In this document: positions 9,720 to 19,001 of the stretch, one piece after another
How the letters are laid out: each line of letters opens with the position of its first letter
Position numbering within the stretch: position 1 is the first letter of the stretch
Sequence record: OR354826.1
Strand: one strand, 5' to 3'
DNA length: 64,000 nt
Source of the DNA: Staphylococcus phage S-CoN_Ph3
Program-made: the position numbers and the translations under genes
Notes under the pieces: generated by a model
Database searches by the model: none
Told to the model about the DNA's origin: nothing
What the model saw: only the letters and a program-made list of their open reading frames with translations

Positions 9720-11467
9720 TGGCATCAGAAGAAATTAAAAAGACCGCTGTCATTAACATGTATGATTCTCCTTACGCTAAGGCTACCCACGATTCTGGGG
9801 TAGTCTTTTATAATTTAGATATAGCTACTGCTGTATTGGAGTTTCATATTAAAAAAGACAATTTTCCACTACAAATAAGTGATAAGAACGTAGACACTTA
9901 TGTTTATTTAAAAGGAACTGACAGAAACGGTAATCCTTATGGTAGACAATTAGATGTTGAATATATTGACCCATTTAATGGTATTGTATCTTTAACAGTT
10001 CCAAATGATTATCTACAAACTGTTAATAATTCAACTGTAACAGGTCAAATGTATATTAGTTTGCATAGAGATAATAGAGTACCAGAAACAAAATCTGACA
10101 CAGCAGTATTAAATGAATTTAAATTCAAAGTAAGGGATTCTCTTATTAACAGCATATCTGGTGTAACTAAGATTGAATATATAAGAATGTTTGATAAGTT
10201 AAGAGATGAAATCCAAAAAAGAATTAGTGACATTGAAGAAGCTATAGCAAATGGCGAAGATTATGTTGCAGAAATGAAAACAGTTTTATCAGACGGAACA
10301 AAACTTATAAAAGACACAGCAGATAAAGCAGTAGACACTGTTAATACCACTTCAGACAATGCTATTAACACAGTAAATACTACTAAAGATTCAGCAGTTA
10401 ACACAATAACTAGTGCTCGTGATGAAGTGTTAAACGCTATTAACGATAATGAAGTAGTAAGAAAAACTGAAATGTCTGGGTACTTTGATGAACAAGATTG
10501 GCAAAAATATAAATTAACTAACGATGATGGTACTAGTTTTTATGATAGTGATATGCGTATAGACTTTGATAACAACGAACAATTAGACAGTTTACATTGT
10601 GATACTAGATATGTTATTAATTCAAAAGGGTTACCTAGTAATATACCCTCAAATTCTGGCTGGCTAACTAAATATTCTAGACAGGACGGAAACTCTACAC
10701 TATTAATATTTAAACCTTATAATTCATCATATCTATATACTAAAGAGAAGTTTTATAATACTTGGGGAGATTGGAAAATATTAAACCCAAACTATGAAAA
10801 AGATTTAAACTGGCAAAAATATAAGTTTACTGAAGATGATGGAACAATAAAGTATATATCAAAAGGGTCTATAACAGATGTAAAAACTTTACCGCCAGGT
10901 TTTTACGAAACTGTATCTAACGATGATGCATCAAGTCAAGATATACCTTTAGATAACAGTTATGTACAAATAAAAGTATGGGAAGCTAACGAAGGACGAA
11001 AAGAGATAGAGCTTACTTCTACTTATAATAACAAAAAATACTTTAGACTGCTCCATACAAACGGCGATAGAGATTCGGGCTGGATAGAAGTAGGTCCTAC
11101 ACAAGAAGACACAGGTTGGATTCCATTCCAACTATTAAACGGCGCTCAATCAAATACTGAATATAGCGATAGTTTAGGGAATGGTTTTAAATGTTCTTAT
11201 AGAACTGTTGTTAACGGTAGTCTTGTTACGAACTATTTAAGAATAAATGGTAGAAATATACAAACTGATACTGTTATTGCAAAAATACCAGAAAAAATGG
11301 TAAAACATGCTCAAACATTTATACCTAGAACGCCTACAAATAGACCTATGGGATATATTATATTATATACTAATGGAGAAGTTAAGTTTTTTGTAAACGG
11401 TGGTACTGGGACAGCTTCTTGGGACAGTAGTGCATATATGTATGGAGAGTTTAGTTGGACTAATTAA
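9719..11467 (+). CDS. tail fibre / receptor-binding protein candidate
   Basis: 582-aa ORF immediately after tailspike, start overlaps its stop; internal duplicated segments (NWQKYKLTNDDGTSFY / NWQKYKFTEDDGTIKY). Confidence 0.35.
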   Translation: MASEEIKKTAVINMYDSPYAKATHDSGVVFYNLDIATAVLEFHIKKDNFPLQISDKNVDTYVYLKGTDRNGNPYGRQLDVEYIDPFNGIVSLTVPNDYLQTVNNSTVTGQMYISLHRDNRVPETKSDTAVLNEFKFKVRDSLINSISGVTKIEYIRMFDKLRDEIQKRISDIEEAIANGEDYVAEMKTVLSDGTKLIKDTADKAVDTVNTTSDNAINTVNTTKDSAVNTITSARDEVLNAINDNEVVRKTEMSGYFDEQDWQKYKLTNDDGTSFYDSDMRIDFDNNEQLDSLHCDTRYVINSKGLPSNIPSNSGWLTKYSRQDGNSTLLIFKPYNSSYLYTKEKFYNTWGDWKILNPNYEKDLNWQKYKFTEDDGTIKYISKGSITDVKTLPPGFYETVSNDDASSQDIPLDNSYVQIKVWEANEGRKEIELTSTYNNKKYFRLLHTNGDRDSGWIEVGPTQEDTGWIPFQLLNGAQSNTEYSDSLGNGFKCSYRTVVNGSLVTNYLRINGRNIQTDTVIAKIPEKMVKHAQTFIPRTPTNRPMGYIILYTNGEVKFFVNGGTGTASWDSSAYMYGEFSWTN

Positions 11468-11480
11468 GGAGGGTTATATA

Positions 11481-11909
11481 ATGGATTTTAAACAAGTTTT
11501 TTTATATGATGGAACACCATATTTAGCATTTCGTGGCTCCGATGGGGAATATGATTATCCTAATGACGAGTGGACAGAAACTCCACCACCAGAAGGATTA
11601 TATGAGCCTATATATTTTAATGGGAATGAGTGGAAAGGTGCAAGTAAAGAAGAATGGGAAAAGTCTATACAAAAGAAGAAGGAAGAAGAGTTATCTAAAC
11701 TTCCACCGTATGAACCAACACCTATAGAACGTTTAGCTGCAACGTCACAGTTACAAACTTCTAAAACAGCAAGAAGACTACAGACATTGGAACAGACACA
11801 AGCAAAAAGTTTAGTCAACGATGCTGAAAAAGACAGAAAGATAAAAGTTTTAGAAGAGCAAGTGGCTAGATTAATGCTTGAATTAACTAAAAAAGGAAGT
11901 GTTGAATAA
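11481..11909 (+). CDS. hypothetical tail-fibre-associated protein
   Basis: ORF track 11400..11909; true start taken as ATG 11481 preceded by AAGGAGGGTT, after stop of previous gene. Confidence 0.35.
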   Translation: MDFKQVFLYDGTPYLAFRGSDGEYDYPNDEWTETPPPEGLYEPIYFNGNEWKGASKEEWEKSIQKKKEEELSKLPPYEPTPIERLAATSQLQTSKTARRLQTLEQTQAKSLVNDAEKDRKIKVLEEQVARLMLELTKKGSVE

Positions 11910-12061
11910 TGTATCCAGGTTTTGATGCTATTAAATATTTTTATGATATTAATTGCTATACTAATGAAGATATTCAAACATATGTAGAATTAGGTTGTAT
12001 TAATAAAGAAGAATATAAAAAAATCACTAAAGAAGACTATCCAGAAGACACTGAATTATAG
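11909..12061 (+). CDS. XkdX-family small protein (tail-fibre associated)
   Basis: 50-aa ORF MYPGFDAIKYFYDINCYTNEDIQTYVELGCINKEEYKKIT matches XkdX family pattern; TAATG overlap with upstream gene; below ORF-track size cutoff. Confidence 0.45.
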   Translation: MYPGFDAIKYFYDINCYTNEDIQTYVELGCINKEEYKKITKEDYPEDTEL

Positions 12062-12072
12062 TAGGTGTTATT

Positions 12073-12276
12073 ATGATGATTAAATTAAAAGATAATAAAA
12101 ATTTATCTGATTTAGACGCTACTATTTATATAATTATAAATGGTGGCGTTTTTAAATATAGAACTTTTGTTCATAATGATAATGTGATTTTTATTGAAAA
12201 ATATTTCGACAATATATATAAATTATATATAGATACGAAAGAATTTAACGTAGAAAATATAGAAATAGGAGAGTAA
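12073..12276 (+). CDS. hypothetical protein
   Basis: 67-aa ORF in tail-fibre gene cluster. Confidence 0.25.
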   Translation: MMIKLKDNKNLSDLDATIYIIINGGVFKYRTFVHNDNVIFIEKYFDNIYKLYIDTKEFNVENIEIGE

Positions 12277-12280
12277 TATA

Positions 12281-12856
12281 ATGGAAAAGAAACTAAGACT
12301 TTTTTCTAAAGACGGTAAAGTATTAAAAACATCAAATGCTATTGAAGATAAGACAGGACAAATAGTAATTGATGAATTAACTCCTAATACACAATATAAC
12401 GATGGAGACTTTAAAGTTGCTTGGGTTATAGATGGTAAAGAAACAGGTAAAACAGATGTTCCATCATTTAAAACTTTAGATAATCCAGAAAGAATTGTTG
12501 TTGTTACGTTCAACGGATTAGACGAACTAGACATAGAAGCACTAAAAGGACAAGACGGTACTGATGGAGAAGATGGGAAATCTATCACAGTTACTAGTTC
12601 TGATTTAGATGAGCAGGGGAACACGGTAATCACTTTTAGTGACAATACTAAAGTAACAGTTAACAAAGGTAAAGATGGTCAAGACGGAAAATCATTTAAT
12701 GTTTCAGATTTAACAGAAGATGATTATAAAAAAATACTTGATTATGGTGTAGCAAATGGCTATTTCAAACAACAAGAAAATACTGAAAATATTGTTATGA
12801 GTGAAACTGAACCAGAAGACAAATCAAAAATTTGGATAGATACTAGTAATCAATAA
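12281..12856 (+). CDS. hypothetical protein with short collagen-like Gly-X-Y stretches
   Basis: GQDGTDGEDGKS and KGKDGQDGKS triplet repeats; RBS AGGAG upstream. Confidence 0.3.
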   Translation: MEKKLRLFSKDGKVLKTSNAIEDKTGQIVIDELTPNTQYNDGDFKVAWVIDGKETGKTDVPSFKTLDNPERIVVVTFNGLDELDIEALKGQDGTDGEDGKSITVTSSDLDEQGNTVITFSDNTKVTVNKGKDGQDGKSFNVSDLTEDDYKKILDYGVANGYFKQQENTENIVMSETEPEDKSKIWIDTSNQ

Positions 12857-12880
12857 AAGATAAAAGGAGTATAAAAAATA

Positions 12881-13318
12881 ATGAAGAATGGAATATTTTC
12901 TGATTCAGAAAAACTATCTACTATTCTTCTTATCATTCTTGGTTTAATACCGGCTTCAAGAGGTGTTTATTGGATAACAAACAGTCAAGTGGCTATTGAT
13001 GATTCTCCTTTATATGAAAAATTAGATAGTATAGCTCCTTTATTTGTGTGGGGGCTACCTATTTTAATAGGAGGATTATTCTTAATAGTAGCGAGTATAT
13101 TTATAGTATCGCCCAAAACAAGAACTCATTATTATATATTTCTTATAATTGGAGGATTGTTATGTGGTCTAGGTTCTATTGTAATAGCTGCTGCGTCAGT
13201 TGAGAACAACTTAAATTGGCTGACGCCAGTTCATAACACGTGTTTATCTATAGGCTTTTTTGCAATAACTTGGATAGGGATTAGTTCTCTGTGGAACCAG
13301 AAAAAAGAAAAGACTTAG
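12881..13318 (+). CDS. membrane protein (about 4 predicted TM helices)
   Basis: hydrophobic segments throughout 145-aa ORF; RBS AAAGGAG upstream. Confidence 0.35.
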   Translation: MKNGIFSDSEKLSTILLIILGLIPASRGVYWITNSQVAIDDSPLYEKLDSIAPLFVWGLPILIGGLFLIVASIFIVSPKTRTHYYIFLIIGGLLCGLGSIVIAAASVENNLNWLTPVHNTCLSIGFFAITWIGISSLWNQKKEKT

Positions 13319-13746
13319 ACTATTCTTATTACGTTCCTAGACATGAATTTGAGATTGAAAAAAATGAAATTTATAAGGATTTAAACAAAAAAGCCGAAAC
13401 ACTTAGAGATAAAATTGAAGAAGTTGATGATAAGCATTTACAAAACTTTCATCAAATACAAAGAAATTTAGACCAATATGTAAGAAGTACAGATAGCTTA
13501 AATGAAAGTGTTAGAGAACTTAATCAGAGTTTTAACACAATGTCTAAAACGATAAATGAAAACATTGGAGACATTAAAGATGTTAAAACTAGAGTAGAAA
13601 AAACAGAATCAACTATAACTGAAAAAGAACTACTTAAAGAACAAAGAAGAATAGAAATAATAAAATCATTCTTTGCTCTAATTACTACTCTGTTAGGTGC
13701 TGGTGGATTAATTTCATGGCTAGGTCCTTTGATATTTGGAAAATAA
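13291..13746 (+). CDS. coiled-coil protein with C-terminal transmembrane anchor (start uncertain)
   Basis: charged/coiled N-terminal part, hydrophobic tail ALITTLLGAGGLISWLGPLIFGK; overlaps previous ORF by 28 nt so real start may be internal. Confidence 0.3.
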   Translation: MEPEKRKDLDYSYYVPRHEFEIEKNEIYKDLNKKAETLRDKIEEVDDKHLQNFHQIQRNLDQYVRSTDSLNESVRELNQSFNTMSKTINENIGDIKDVKTRVEKTESTITEKELLKEQRRIEIIKSFFALITTLLGAGGLISWLGPLIFGK

Positions 13747-13767
13747 CTATAGAAAGGAATCAATAGA

Positions 13768-14244
13768 ATGTCAAAAATTAATTGGAAAGTAAGAGCTAAA
13801 AAGAAATCATTTTGGGTTGCTATTGTATCAGCAGTCGCTCTTTTTATTAACAATATTACTGGTGCGTTTGGGTTAGATTATTCAGCGCAGGTTCAAACTG
13901 GTGTTGATATTGTTAGTGCAATTTTAACATTGTTAGCAGGTCTTGGAATTGTTACTGATATGACTACTAAAGGAATCGGAGATAGTGAAATTGCGCAGAC
14001 TTATTCTAAACCACGTAACTCCAAAGACCCAGAACAATATGTTGATTGGATGAAAAATGAATCAAAAGAAACACCAGAAAAGAAAAATTTTGAATTAGAA
14101 GAATTTGATACAAGTAAACCATTTACTGATGATAAAGATGAAGTAGATTTTGATGTTTCTGAATACGAACATGAAGATATTGGTGTTCATGGTAAAAGTG
14201 GAATGCACGATGAAGAAATAAAAGAACAAGAAGTAGATAAGTAG
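13768..14244 (+). CDS. holin, phage_holin_1 (phi11-type)
   Basis: MSKINWKVRAKKK...FGLD...ILTLLAGLGIVTDMTTKGIGDSEIAQTY closely resembles staphylococcal phi11/80alpha-type holins; acidic C-tail; RBS AGAAAGGAA. Confidence 0.7.
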   Translation: MSKINWKVRAKKKSFWVAIVSAVALFINNITGAFGLDYSAQVQTGVDIVSAILTLLAGLGIVTDMTTKGIGDSEIAQTYSKPRNSKDPEQYVDWMKNESKETPEKKNFELEEFDTSKPFTDDKDEVDFDVSEYEHEDIGVHGKSGMHDEEIKEQEVDK

Positions 14245-14254
14245 AATTATAAAG

Positions 14255-14292
14255 CAGACTAGTTTTATACTAGTCTGTATTATTTATTATAA
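14255..14292 (+). terminator. rho-independent terminator after holin
   Basis: CAGACTAGT-TTTAT-ACTAGTCTG hairpin followed by T-rich tract. Confidence 0.45.
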
Positions 14293-14307
14293 AAAAGGAG
14301 ACAGATT

Positions 14308-14832
14308 ATGGCTATTATTAAAACATTTGATAAAGAAAAACAACAATGGTTAGAAGTCTTTGCTAGACCAGTTGCTGAAGAAGTAGTTAAGATAATGAAA
14401 GATGATTGGTTATCTAATAAGAAAACAATTGACTATTGGTTATTACAATATACAGAGGGGGTAGCCGAGCCTATACAAGTTGCTATATTTACTGATGGCA
14501 ATGAAGTTGATGATACGCTAAAAAGTAATTTAGAATGGGCTTTTAACGATTATATATCTGGCTTGGAAAATAAGAAATTATTTAACTTACAAGATTTTAT
14601 AAATGATTGTCATAGCAGAAAAATAGATTTGCCTAAACAATTTAAAGTTAATGCCACAGTTCAATTTGACAGTTTAGACTATCCTATTCATTTGCAAGAA
14701 ATAGACAATATGACTACTAATGTTGATGTAATAGGTATGTTAGATGAATCTTCTAAAGGTTCAATTGAAGTGAAATATATTTACAATGACCACCCTATAG
14801 AAGATAAAAAATTAGTAAAAGAAAATAAATAG
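14308..14832 (+). CDS. hypothetical protein located between holin and endolysin
   Basis: 174-aa ORF with RBS AAAAAAGGAG; no motif recognised. Confidence 0.4.
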   Translation: MAIIKTFDKEKQQWLEVFARPVAEEVVKIMKDDWLSNKKTIDYWLLQYTEGVAEPIQVAIFTDGNEVDDTLKSNLEWAFNDYISGLENKKLFNLQDFINDCHSRKIDLPKQFKVNATVQFDSLDYPIHLQEIDNMTTNVDVIGMLDESSKGSIEVKYIYNDHPIEDKKLVKENK

Positions 14833-14844
14833 GAGGGGTAATAT

Positions 14845-14932
14845 ATGGTAGCAACTTTAACGCATAAAGAAGCCGTAGAATATGTTAAATCATTAGAAGG
14901 AAAATATGTTGACTTTGATGGTTGGTATGGGT
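14845..14932 (+). CDS. endolysin exon 1 (N-terminus of CHAP domain)
   Basis: RBS AGGAGGGG then ATG 14845; MVATLTHKEAVEYVKSLEGKYVDFDGWYG matches CHAP N-terminal region up to the residue before the catalytic QC; ORF then runs into stops. Confidence 0.55.
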
Positions 14933-15207
14933 TAATTGGTAGCCCATGTAAAACTTTTTGAATTGCTGGAAACCCCTAACGTAAAGACGAGGGCAATCAG
15001 CAGCGAAGCTCACATGGTAACAGTGTGTGAACGTTCAACGACTATGTACTATCAATTGATAGGCAGCGGAAAGCACATTTAATATATGTGATGATATAGT
15101 CTGGTCTCATATGAAAATATGAGGCTTTCTTTATGAAAGCTATTAAATGTTATGCAATATTATATAGAAATATATAATAGGAAAGGTATTTAATAAAACA
15201 AAAAACG
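14933..15207 (+). ncRNA. group I self-splicing intron 1 (no ORF)
   Basis: exon end ATGGGT can pair with internal guide GCCCAT 9 nt downstream (P1, G.U at splice site); ends AAAAACG (omega G); contains GAACGTTCAACGACTA and GATATAGTCTGG core motifs shared with intron 2; splicing restores ...DFDGWYG-Y-QCFDLANKYW. Confidence 0.55.
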
Positions 15208-15721
15208 ACCAATGTTTTGATTTAGCTAACAAATATTGGAATAAATTATTTGGTGGACAATTAAAAGGTCAAGGCGCAGCTGATATTCCTAATGTTAATG
15301 ATTTTAGTGGAAAAGCTACTGTTTATCAAAATACAACAAGTTTCTTAGCAAAACCAGGAGATATTGTTGTATGGGGTAGAAACTTTGGTCAAGGATATGG
15401 TCATGTAGCAGTTGTTGTTGAAGCAACATTAGATTATATTGTTGTAATTGAGAATAACTGGTTAGGTGGTGGATGGACTAGTGGACCAGCACAAGGTGGT
15501 ACTGGTTGGGAAAAAGCAACTAGACGCCGTCACAATTACGAGTCTCTTATGTGGTTCATCAGACCAAAATACAAAGACGAGAAAAAAACTGCTAATTATT
15601 CTGCTAAAACTAAAACGAAAAAACCAGCTGCTAAAAAGAAAAAAGCTAAAGAAATAAAACACATTAAAGATACAGTTAACGGTTATAAATTACCAAAACG
15701 TAACGGTAAATTAAAAGGTGT
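15208..15721 (+). CDS. endolysin exon 2 (CHAP catalytic domain and Lys-rich linker); 3' boundary approximate
   Basis: YQCFDLANKYW...GYGHVAVVVE...ENNW CHAP motifs with Cys and His; frame ends in TAA at 15726 unless spliced. Confidence 0.5.
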
Positions 15722-16676
15722 CGTGTAAAATGCCTATAAATTAATTGACTTTTTTATTTCTTTATGATATAATGACTATATATTTATATATATAGGAGGA
15801 TATTATATGAAAGAAATTTGGAAAGATGTTCCTAATTATGAAGGAAAATATCAAGTGTCTAATAAAGGAAGAGTTAAATCAATTAAAAGAACAGTAAAAC
15901 ATAACGGGAGTAAAACTAGGACATTTCCAGAAAAGATTTTAAAACCAAACAAAGTGTCTTTTGATTATTTACAGGTCACATTATATAATAATGGTAAAAG
16001 AAAATGTAGATATATACACAATTTAGTTATGGAATCTTTTATTGGTAAGAAGCCAAACGGTTATGAAGTTAACCATATAGACGAAGATAAATCTAATAAT
16101 CAATTAGAAAATTTAGAATATATAACAAGAAAAGAAAACAATAATTATGGAACTCGAATAGAACGGATGATTAAATCAAACGTTAATGGTAAAAAGAGTA
16201 AAAAAGTCAAAGGGACCCATTTAAAAACAGGAGAAATAGTTATTTTTCCATCAATATCCGAAGCGCAAAGACAAGGATATGGACCAAAAATATCAGAAGT
16301 TTGTAATGGAAAAAGAAACCATTCTGGTGGTTATAAATGGGAATTTATAAAATAGCACTGCATAAGTAGGAAACTCTTATGTACTAAAAACATAAATTGC
16401 TTAGAAGAACCTTAGAGCCTTAATGCCACAATATAGCTGAAAAGACTGTATGAAGGATTAAAAAGTTTAAGGATTGGTTTGTTTAGCATCGCTACTCCTA
16501 AGTTTTTTAGATACGGAGAACGTTCAACGACTAGACGATTGGCTCGTCGTAGGGTTTAAGTAAACTCGAAAGAAGAACTACCTAAGTATTTTATATATGG
16601 TAGAAAGATATAGTCTGGACACGCCTTGTAATGGGGGTGCTAGGAATCGACCTAGAGTTAGATTAACGACCTAATG
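15722..16676 (+). mobile_element. group I intron 2 carrying an HNH homing endonuclease ORF; boundaries approximate (plus or minus a few nt)
   Basis: after HNH ORF a 320-nt region repeats the intron-1 core motifs GAACGTTCAACGACTA (16517) and GATATAGTCTGG (16603); downstream frame resumes VSIHNDAG (amidase domain) matching LysK region after its intron. Confidence 0.5.
15807..16355 (+). CDS. intron-encoded HNH homing endonuclease (NUMOD4 motif plus HNH_3 domain), I-KsaI-like
   Basis: MKEIWKDVPNYEGKYQVSNKGRVKS NUMOD4 signature; HNLVMESF...EVNHIDEDKSNNQLENLEY HNH motif; RBS TATAGGAGGA. Confidence 0.7.
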   Translation: MKEIWKDVPNYEGKYQVSNKGRVKSIKRTVKHNGSKTRTFPEKILKPNKVSFDYLQVTLYNNGKRKCRYIHNLVMESFIGKKPNGYEVNHIDEDKSNNQLENLEYITRKENNNYGTRIERMIKSNVNGKKSKKVKGTHLKTGEIVIFPSISEAQRQGYGPKISEVCNGKRNHSGGYKWEFIK

Positions 16677-17529
16677 AAACGTCTCGATACACAACGATGC
16701 TGGAAGTAAATATGCAACAGCAGAAGCCTATCGTAATGGATTAGTCAATGCTCCATTATCAAGACTTGAAGCAGGTATAGCACATGCTTACGGTTCTGGT
16801 AATACAATTTGGCAAGCATTAGACAAATCACAGGTAGGTTGGCATACAGCAAATCCTGTTGGTAATAACGGTTATTATGGTTATGAAGTTTGTCAGTCTA
16901 TGGGTGCAGATGATAAAACATTCTTAGCGAATGAGCAGTTAATATTCCAAGATGCTGCTAGACTTTTAAAAGAAGAAGGATTACCAGCAAATAGAAACAC
17001 TGTTCGTCTACATTGTGAATTTGTTCGTACTTCATGTCCACATAGAAGTGCTAAGTTACACACAGGATTTGACCCTGTCACTCAAGGTTTATTACCTAAA
17101 GACAAACAACTAAAATTAAAAGATTATTTTATCAAACAAATCAGACAATATATGGACGGTAAAATACCTACTGCAACAGTTGTTAAAAGTTCAAGTGCTT
17201 CTAGCAACACTGTTAAACCAGTAGCATCTGGTTGGAAACGTAATAATTATGGTACTTATTACAAATCAGAAAATGCAACTTATAGCAATGGCAACACACC
17301 AATTATCACACGTACAGTAGGACCATTTAGAAGTTGTGCTCAGGCAGGATTATTACCAGCCGGAGCATCTATTATATATGATACAGTTTGTCTACAAGAC
17401 TATCATGTTTGGGTAAGTTATGTAACTAACAAAGGTTACAGAGTATGGCTACCTATTAGAACATGGAATGGTGTAGCTCCTGGAAACGCAGGATATGCTG
17501 TAGGACCATTATGGGGATATATCAGCTAA
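16677..17529 (+). CDS. endolysin exon 3 (amidase_2 / PGRP domain plus C-terminal SH3b cell-wall-binding domain)
   Basis: [17 protein letters not shown]...[16 protein letters not shown]...[16 protein letters not shown] amidase_2 motifs; C-terminal [11 protein letters not shown]...[15 protein letters not shown]3b-like; spliced product about 484 aa. Confidence 0.6.
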
Positions 17530-17663
17530 AATAAAAGACAGGTTTTATTCTGTATAAAAGTCGTCAACCATGCGCTTTATAAGCGTTTTGCTAGGCGCAC
17601 CTAAATTTTTTACCCTCTACTTTTTATGTAGGGGGTGTTTACATATTAATGGAGGTTATTATA

Positions 17664-18644
17664 ATGGAAAGAAACAATATTTATAGTGAAGAAATATATA
17701 AAAAAGTAAATGATGAATCAAAAGAGCTTTTAAATGATTATATATTAGAGTTAAAGGTTCGTAATCGAGCAGAAAAGACAATTACACAATATGAATTTGA
17801 TTGTAAAATGTTTATGTGTTATGTTTATGATAACATGAACAACAAATCATTACTTGATTTAAAACGCCGAGATTTTAGGAATTTCTTTTTATTCTTAAAA
17901 GAGAGTGGAAAATCAGCAGCAAGAATCAACCGTGTTCAATCTTCAATAAGAAATCTCTTACAGTTTGCCGAAGACGACGAAGAAATATACGAAGATTATG
18001 AAGTTAATCCTATGAGAAAAATTAAATCAGTTGAGAAAGAACCTGTTAGAGAGATTGTGTTCTTAACAGATGAACAAGTTACTTATTTAATTAATTATTT
18101 ATTAGAGAAAGGTAAAACACAAAAAGCATTGTTTGTTAGTTTTGCTTATGATAGCGTAGCTCGTAGAAATGAAATATCACAAGTTCAAAAATATAGTTTC
18201 CAAGACACAACTAAATCAAGCACTAACGAAGTTGTGGGTAAACGTGGAAAGAAATTTAAGTTAATGTATTCTCAGCGTACTAAAGACCTTGCTAAAGAAT
18301 GGCTGTCTGAACGTGGAGAAGATGATGTTGATAGCTTGTGGATAAGTTACTATAATGGTAAACCACGTGCTATTGTATATGACACATTTTATTCTTGGGC
18401 TATATCATTTAGAAGTATATTAGAAGAAAAATACGATGTAGATTTACCATTAAATGCTCACTCGTTCCGTCATAGTGGAGCTGAGAATTATGAAAATGGT
18501 ACACATAGCTCATTACAATTTATGGGTAAAGATAGCTTAAACATAAACGAACTAAAAATATTAATGAATCATGAAAGTATTGATATTACTAATAGTTATT
18601 TAAGAAATAAAGACCAAGAAATATTGGAAAATTTATTCTCATAA
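17664..18644 (+). CDS. tyrosine recombinase / integrase family protein
   Basis: N-terminal SAM-like core-binding region; C-terminal catalytic motifs LNAHSFRHS and ITNSYL (R..HxxR..Y); RBS GGAGG 8 nt before ATG 17664 (ORF track starts 17649). Confidence 0.65.
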   Translation: MERNNIYSEEIYKKVNDESKELLNDYILELKVRNRAEKTITQYEFDCKMFMCYVYDNMNNKSLLDLKRRDFRNFFLFLKESGKSAARINRVQSSIRNLLQFAEDDEEIYEDYEVNPMRKIKSVEKEPVREIVFLTDEQVTYLINYLLEKGKTQKALFVSFAYDSVARRNEISQVQKYSFQDTTKSSTNEVVGKRGKKFKLMYSQRTKDLAKEWLSERGEDDVDSLWISYYNGKPRAIVYDTFYSWAISFRSILEEKYDVDLPLNAHSFRHSGAENYENGTHSSLQFMGKDSLNINELKILMNHESIDITNSYLRNKDQEILENLFS

Positions 18645-18650
18645 AAAACA

Positions 18651-18675
18651 AGACTACTGTAACAGTAGTCTTTAT
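18651..18675. terminator. bidirectional hairpin between convergent integrase and minus-strand genes
   Basis: AGACTACTGT-AA-CAGTAGTCT perfect 10-bp inverted repeat flanked by A/T runs. Confidence 0.4.
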
Positions 18676-18680
18676 ACATA

Positions 18681-19001
18681 TTATTCTAGTTCTAAATAGG
18701 AGCCTATTATTTTAATATCTTTTGAATCGAAGTTAGCTAGACTTTCAACAATATTAGCATTCAATCCTCTAATATTAGCTACACCATCTATAATTTCATC
18801 AACGTAAAACATAAGACCATCAATTTCTAACATATCAAATGTAAATATGTTATTATTATTCTTGTCCACTTTTCCTACTGTTACACATGTAGTACAATGA
18901 ATATTGTGATGTAGTCTACCAAAATTCCATTTATCATCATCAATAAGTTCTGCATTGTGATACATTATTTTATTAGCATTATCCCAAATTTTAAATTCCA
19001 T
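18681..19001 (-). CDS. YopX-like phage protein
   Basis: MEFKIWDNANKIMYH...DKWNFG N-terminus typical of YopX family. Confidence 0.4.
   Translation of the reverse strand: MEFKIWDNANKIMYHNAELIDDDKWNFGRLHHNIHCTTCVTVGKVDKNNNNIFTFDMLEIDGLMFYVDEIIDGVANIRGLNANIVESLANFDSKDIKIIGSYLELE

Noticed and set aside
11400-11480. N-terminal extension of ORF 11400..11909 overlapping the upstream fibre gene
   Set aside because: An ATG at 11481 with AAGGAGGG RBS directly after the upstream stop is the more plausible start.
15462-15662. Two overlapping 63-66-aa ORFs (both strands) inside endolysin exon 2
   Set aside because: Alternative frames of the Lys-rich linker region. The CHAP frame carries the conserved motifs.
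14845-17529. Alternative reading of the endolysin locus as a decayed pseudogene
   Set aside because: The interruptions occur exactly at conserved domain points. They are flanked by P1 pairing and a 3'-terminal G. The shared group I core motifs and an HNH ORF typical of phage K-like introns argue for splicing over decay.
17530-17663. tRNA gene or attP core between endolysin and recombinase
   Set aside because: No cloverleaf-compatible GTTC / T-loop or anticodon arm could be found by eye. An attP cannot be established without a host attB, so it is left as a hypothesis only.
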